From: Chitinophagaceae bacterium
GTDB taxonomy: Bacteria > Bacteroidota > Bacteroidia > Cytophagales > Cytophagaceae
Direction: 5' to 3'
Assembly (NCBI GenBank): GCA_028288405.1
Contig: JAQBNS010000034.1
Location: 27,221 to 91,220 of the forward strand
Length of the DNA stretch: 64,000 nucleotides
Positions within the stretch are counted from its first letter, which is position 1. Each line of letters opens with the position of its first letter. Both the position numbers and the translations under genes were made by a program. Positions 60,111 to 64,000 of the stretch are shown here, in pieces. The notes under the pieces were generated by a model. The model had not been told where the DNA came from and did no database searches. It was given only the letters and a program-made list of their open reading frames with translations.

Positions 60111-62021
60111 TTATTTCAAAACCACACTCACCAACGACTGCACTGCTTTCGCAATACCTTCCGGATCAAAGCCACATTCTTTGTGTAACTGAATTTGTTC
60201 TCCGTGTTCGATGAATTGGTCCGGAATTCCTAAGCGAATCACTTTTGCCGCATAACCATGATCTGCCATGAATTCTAAAATGGCACTTCCGAAGCCACCC
60301 ACAATGGTGCCGTCCTCCAGCGTAATGATTTTCTTAAATTTCTTGAACACCTGATGTAATAATTCTTCATCGAGCGGCTTGACAAAACGCATATCATAAT
60401 GAGCCGGTGATAAATCTGCGGTTTGCAACAATTGGAGTGCTTCCGTGACGTAATTACCAATATGGCCGATGCTAAGAATGGCTACTTCTTCTCCCTCACT
60501 TACTAATCTTCCTTTGCCTACCGGAATCAATTCAAATGGAGTTTCCCATTCCGGCATGACACCTTGTCCGCGTGGGTAGCGGATGGAGAAAGGTCCCATA
60601 TTATCTTGCTGTGCGGTGTACATGAGGTTGCGCAATTCCTGTTCGTTCATTGGTGCAGAAACCACCAGATTGGGAATGCAACGGAAATAAGGAATATCAA
60701 ATGCGCCATGGTGCGTAGGGCCGTCCGCTCCGGCAATACCGGCGCGGTCCAGGCAAAACACGACATTGAGGTTTTGCAAACATACATCGTGAATGACCTG
60801 ATCATAGGCACGCTGCATGAAGCTGGAATAAATATTGCAAAAGGGAATTAAGCCCTGAGTAGCTAATCCGGCAGAGAACGTAACGGCATGCTGCTCTGCG
60901 ATACCCACGTCCATGGCCCGATCCGGCATGGCTTCCATCATGATATTGAGTGAAGACCCGGAAGGCATTGCAGGAGTGATACCCATGATCTTGGGATTCT
61001 TTCTTGCCAGTTCCACAATCGTATGTCCGAATACATCCTGGTATTTGGGAGGCTGAGGTTTATCGTAAACTTTACTTTTAATCTCGCCAGTGATCTTATC
61101 AAATTTTCCGGGTGAATGCCATTTCACCTGATCCTTTTCAGCCAGCGCGTATCCCTTGCCTTTCGTGGTAATGACATGCAATAATTTAGGACCGGGAATG
61201 TTTTTCAAGTCATTGAAGATGTGCACCAAATGGTCTACATCATGTCCGTCTACCGGACCAAAATACCTTAAGTTGAGTGATTCGAATAGATTGCTATGCT
61301 TGAGCATCGCCGCTTTTAGTCCCCCTTCAATTTTTGAAGCGAAAGCCTGCGCATTGCTACCCAAATCACCGAAACGTCCCAGCATCTTCCAGACTTCGTC
61401 GCGAAATTTATTGTAGGTAGAAGAAGTAGTGATGTCTACTAAATAGTCTTTCAAGGCCCCGACATTGGGATCGATGGCCATACAATTGTCGTTGAGTACA
61501 ATGAGCAAATTGCTATTGGTCACGCCGGCATGGTTCATGGCTTCGAAAGCCATACCTGCAGTCAACGCGCCATCGCCGATGACGGCAATGCAATGACGGT
61601 CCTTTTCTTTTTTATACTCTGCTGCCACGGCCATGCCAAGAGCGGCAGATATAGAGGTCGAGGAATGCCCTACACCGAAAGCATCGTATTCGCTTTCCGC
61701 CCGTTTAGGAAAACCGGAAAGTCCTTTGTATACACGGTTGGTATGAAAATCGTCCCTTCGGCCCGTCAGGATCTTATGTCCATAAGCCTGATGACCAACG
61801 TCCCAGATCAATTGATCATAGGGCGTATTAAATACCGCATGCAGCGCTACGGTCAACTCAACAACACCCAAACTAGCGCCAAAGTGACCGCCATACACCG
61901 ATACCTGATCGATGATAAACATGCGCAATTCTTCGCATAAAGCGTGTAATTGCTCAGGAGTTAGAGATTTAAGATCTGCTGGGGAATTGATCTTAGATAG
62001 TATTGGGCCGGGTTGTATCAA
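60111..62021 (-). CDS. dxs: 1-deoxy-D-xylulose-5-phosphate synthase
   Basis: GGHFGASLG, IWDVGHQAY.HK and GDGALTAGMAFEA ThDP motifs. Confidence 0.95.
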   Translation of the reverse strand: MIQPGPILSKINSPADLKSLTPEQLHALCEELRMFIIDQVSVYGGHFGASLGVVELTVALHAVFNTPYDQLIWDVGHQAYGHKILTGRRDDFHTNRVYKGLSGFPKRAESEYDAFGVGHSSTSISAALGMAVAAEYKKEKDRHCIAVIGDGALTAGMAFEAMNHAGVTNSNLLIVLNDNCMAIDPNVGALKDYLVDITTSSTYNKFRDEVWKMLGRFGDLGSNAQAFASKIEGGLKAAMLKHSNLFESLNLRYFGPVDGHDVDHLVHIFNDLKNIPGPKLLHVITTKGKGYALAEKDQVKWHSPGKFDKITGEIKSKVYDKPQPPKYQDVFGHTIVELARKNPKIMGITPAMPSGSSLNIMMEAMPDRAMDVGIAEQHAVTFSAGLATQGLIPFCNIYSSFMQRAYDQVIHDVCLQNLNVVFCLDRAGIAGADGPTHHGAFDIPYFRCIPNLVVSAPMNEQELRNLMYTAQQDNMGPFSIRYPRGQGVMPEWETPFELIPVGKGRLVSEGEEVAILSIGHIGNYVTEALQLLQTADLSPAHYDMRFVKPLDEELLHQVFKKFKKIITLEDGTIVGGFGSAILEFMADHGYAAKVIRLGIPDQFIEHGEQIQLHKECGFDPEGIAKAVQSLVSVVLK

Positions 62022-62180
62022 TTGGTCTTTTACGGAATCAACAAATATAATGAAAATCTATTTTAATACGAGGAGTAAGCCATTTGTAAACATCTTATCT
62101 ACACGTTATCCACCTTCAGGAGTGGAAAAAATAAGCCTTTTGCCCTGAAAACTACGGGTGAATAAGGCTAATTTCGTCCC

Positions 62181-62993
62181 GTGAGTTTCGAAATCAAGCT
62201 GCCTCTTTTTGAAGGTCCCTTTGACCTGTTGTTGTTCTTCATCGAACGGGATGAACTGGATATTTATGATATTCCGATTTCCAAGATAACGAATGATTTC
62301 CTGGAATATATCCACCAGATGGAGCGCATGAATGTGGAAGTGGCCAGCGAATTTATCCTGGTAGCGGCTACATTGATGCGAATCAAGGCTAAAACCCTAT
62401 TGCCTAGACCACAAATCGATCTTTTCGGCAATGAAGTCGATCCAAGGGAAGAGCTGATTGCTCACTTGTTGGAATACAAAAAATACAAATCTGTCATCAG
62501 CGAGCTGGCTCAATTTGAGCAGGATTCATTGCAAAGGGAAAAGCGAGGAAACATTCTCCGCGAGATCAAACAACTTTCGGAAACCAACAATGTGGAAGCC
62601 GAACTACAGGATCTCGATTTGTACAAACTCCTCAAAGTGTATCAAAAAGTACTGGTTCGTTTTGAAGAAGAAAAAAACAAACCGGTTCACCACGTTACGC
62701 AATATCCCTATTCTATAGAAGGACAAAAAGAATATATCCTGAATAGGGTCACGGCCGGTAAAGGGCGCGTTTCTTTTGTGGATGTCATCACCGACAACGC
62801 GACGAAGATTGCCGTAGTTTACAATTTCCTGGCAATTTTGGAGTTGTTGCAACTGAATAAAATTCGCATTTATATCGGAGAAGGTTTTAATAATTTTTGG
62901 GTGGAAGAATCAGATGGCAGCGAGCAGCTGATCACGGATGCGGATGCTAATGGAGAACCGGTACAACCGGAAACGGAACCTGATAATAATTAA
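62181..62993 (+). CDS. scpA: segregation and condensation protein A
   Basis: FEGPFDLLLFFIERDELDIYDIPISKIT N-terminus is typical of ScpA. GTG start. Confidence 0.85.
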   Translation: MSFEIKLPLFEGPFDLLLFFIERDELDIYDIPISKITNDFLEYIHQMERMNVEVASEFILVAATLMRIKAKTLLPRPQIDLFGNEVDPREELIAHLLEYKKYKSVISELAQFEQDSLQREKRGNILREIKQLSETNNVEAELQDLDLYKLLKVYQKVLVRFEEEKNKPVHHVTQYPYSIEGQKEYILNRVTAGKGRVSFVDVITDNATKIAVVYNFLAILELLQLNKIRIYIGEGFNNFWVEESDGSEQLITDADANGEPVQPETEPDNN

Positions 62994-62996
62994 TGG

Positions 62997-63020
62997 AAAG
63001 CCCTGCTGGGGCTTTTTTCT
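62997..63020 (+). terminator. intrinsic terminator
   Basis: aaagccc-tgct-ggggc followed by TTTTTTCTTTT. Confidence 0.7.
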
Positions 63021-63037
63021 TTTAAACAATTCTTGCT

Positions 63038-63616
63038 ATGAAATACAAACAACAACTTTACTTCATCCTGAGTTTTATTGGTCTCCGTCTATTGATGTTG
63101 GTGCTTTATACCTTCTTTAAGCCTGCACAACCGGGCCCTTATACGCCTTACATTTTATTTCTCTATTCTTTATTCGATGTATTGATCCTCTGTTATCTGT
63201 ATCGCTTTGTCAAAGGGATCAAACAGCAACCCTTTAGTTTGATAGCCGTCATACTCATCGTAGCTGCTACGGCTTATAATTTATTGATCGATTTATTTTT
63301 TCCTTTCGACGCCGTTGACTGGACGGAGCTGCAATTGCAATTACTTACGGCTCCCTCTAATATCATTAACTTATTGGCAAGGATCGTACTCATCGTACAA
63401 CTGATCAATAACAAGGCCTCAGACCACTCTAAGAAATTCCTGCGCATGCTGGGTTGGAGTTATGTGGCCACGTTGCTGATCGGTATAGGATTGTCTTTAG
63501 TAGACTCCAACTCCACTGTCTATGCCACACAGCTAACAGCCATGCTTCCCTGGGTAGCTATGCTCTTGCTTTATATAAATGAATTAAAACACTATTCCGA
63601 AGCCGGAATAAAATAG
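63038..63616 (+). CDS. hypothetical integral membrane protein
   Basis: About six hydrophobic segments. No motif recognised. Confidence 0.55.
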   Translation: MKYKQQLYFILSFIGLRLLMLVLYTFFKPAQPGPYTPYILFLYSLFDVLILCYLYRFVKGIKQQPFSLIAVILIVAATAYNLLIDLFFPFDAVDWTELQLQLLTAPSNIINLLARIVLIVQLINNKASDHSKKFLRMLGWSYVATLLIGIGLSLVDSNSTVYATQLTAMLPWVAMLLLYINELKHYSEAGIK

Positions 63617-63679
63617 CTAGGAGCAAGGAGGTACGAGGTATGTATAATCTTCGTACCTCGTACCTCCTTGCTCGTCCCT
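63617..63679. repeat. R1 palindromic intergenic repeat (GCTAGGA-GCAAGGA-GGTACGA-GGTA variant)
   Basis: 20 bp perfect stem gagcaaggaggtacgaggta (63621-63640) with tacctcgtacctccttgctc (63654-63673). Starts 1 nt after the stop codon. Confidence 0.85.
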
Positions 63680-63811
63680 TAATCCTTATGCGGGGTGAAG
63701 GTTACATCGAAGCGTCATAGACAAATAAGCACTTCATAAAGAAGTTTAACCCTCTATTTATTTTGTTGGATCATCGATAAAAAACTACTTATTTGTAGTG
63801 TAAATGAGAGG

Positions 63812-64000
63812 ATGATGCAAGCTGACAAAGATCATGAGGATAAACGGATAAAAATACTTCACGAGTACAAAGTATTGGATACTCTGCCGGAAGAAGAATT
63901 GGATGCCCTCACCAAACTTGCCTCTACTATTTGTGATACTCCTATGGCATTGATCACTCTCATTGATGAAAATCGCCAGTGGTTCAAATCAAAAGTAGGT
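63812..64000 (+). CDS. GAF-domain sensor protein, N-terminal fragment (3' end outside window)
   Basis: Hand translation MMQADKDHEDKRIKILHEYKVLDTLPEEELDALTKLASTICDTPMALITLIDENRQWFKSKVG. The L..Y.[IV]LDT...E..D.[IL]T.LA..IC..P.A.I[ST]L.D..RQWFKS pattern is typical of GAF-domain N-termini. Confidence 0.6.
   Translation, partial: MMQADKDHEDKRIKILHEYKVLDTLPEEELDALTKLASTICDTPMALITLIDENRQWFKSKVG

Overview
This 64 kb window looks like core chromosome from a Bacteroidota bacterium. The lineage call rests on T9SS type-A and type-B C-terminal sorting domains, a PorP/SprF gene, TAnnTTTG promoter motifs, many lipoproteins and frequent TTG/GTG starts. All calls come from reading the ORF translations and the DNA by eye; no searches were run.

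**Gene content**
- A DUF1800/DUF1501/outer-membrane-barrel/lipoprotein operon.
- A T9SS GH18 chitinase with a divergent membrane-bound AraC regulator.
- A complete trp operon (trpE-G-D-C-F-B-A) followed by a divergent HisA-like gene.
- Housekeeping genes: lysA, serS, rho, ndk, ilvBN, dxs, scpA and rlmF.
- Three tandem FKBP isomerases, and a patatin/beta-barrel protein.
- A kynurenine-to-quinolinate cluster (3-hydroxyanthranilate dioxygenase, kynureninase, kynurenine monooxygenase).
- Tandem arrays of paralogous lipoproteins.
- An ECF sigma / anti-sigma / type-B T9SS cargo / PorP-SprF / TPR-PD40 module.

**Most notable observations**
1. The anti-sigma-like protein ends in a domain that closely mimics the type-B T9SS sorting domain of the cargo encoded next to it. 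This suggests a secretion-coupled trans-envelope signalling module.
2. A 13-codon leader ORF with three consecutive Trp codons, followed by a 15 bp hairpin, lies directly upstream of trpE. This is a candidate attenuator.
3. The HisA-fold paralog at the end of the trp operon lacks the N-terminal catalytic Asp.
4. Two dispersed intergenic repeat families are present. One is a palindromic family built from heptamer modules (7 loci). The other is a MITE-like family with terminal inverted repeats of up to 31 bp (3 loci). One copy of each sits inside the otherwise tightly packed trp operon.
5. A Lys/Ala-rich histone-H1-like gene is built from 48 bp tandem repeats.

No rRNA or tRNA genes, CRISPR arrays, transposases, integrases or recognisable defence genes were seen.
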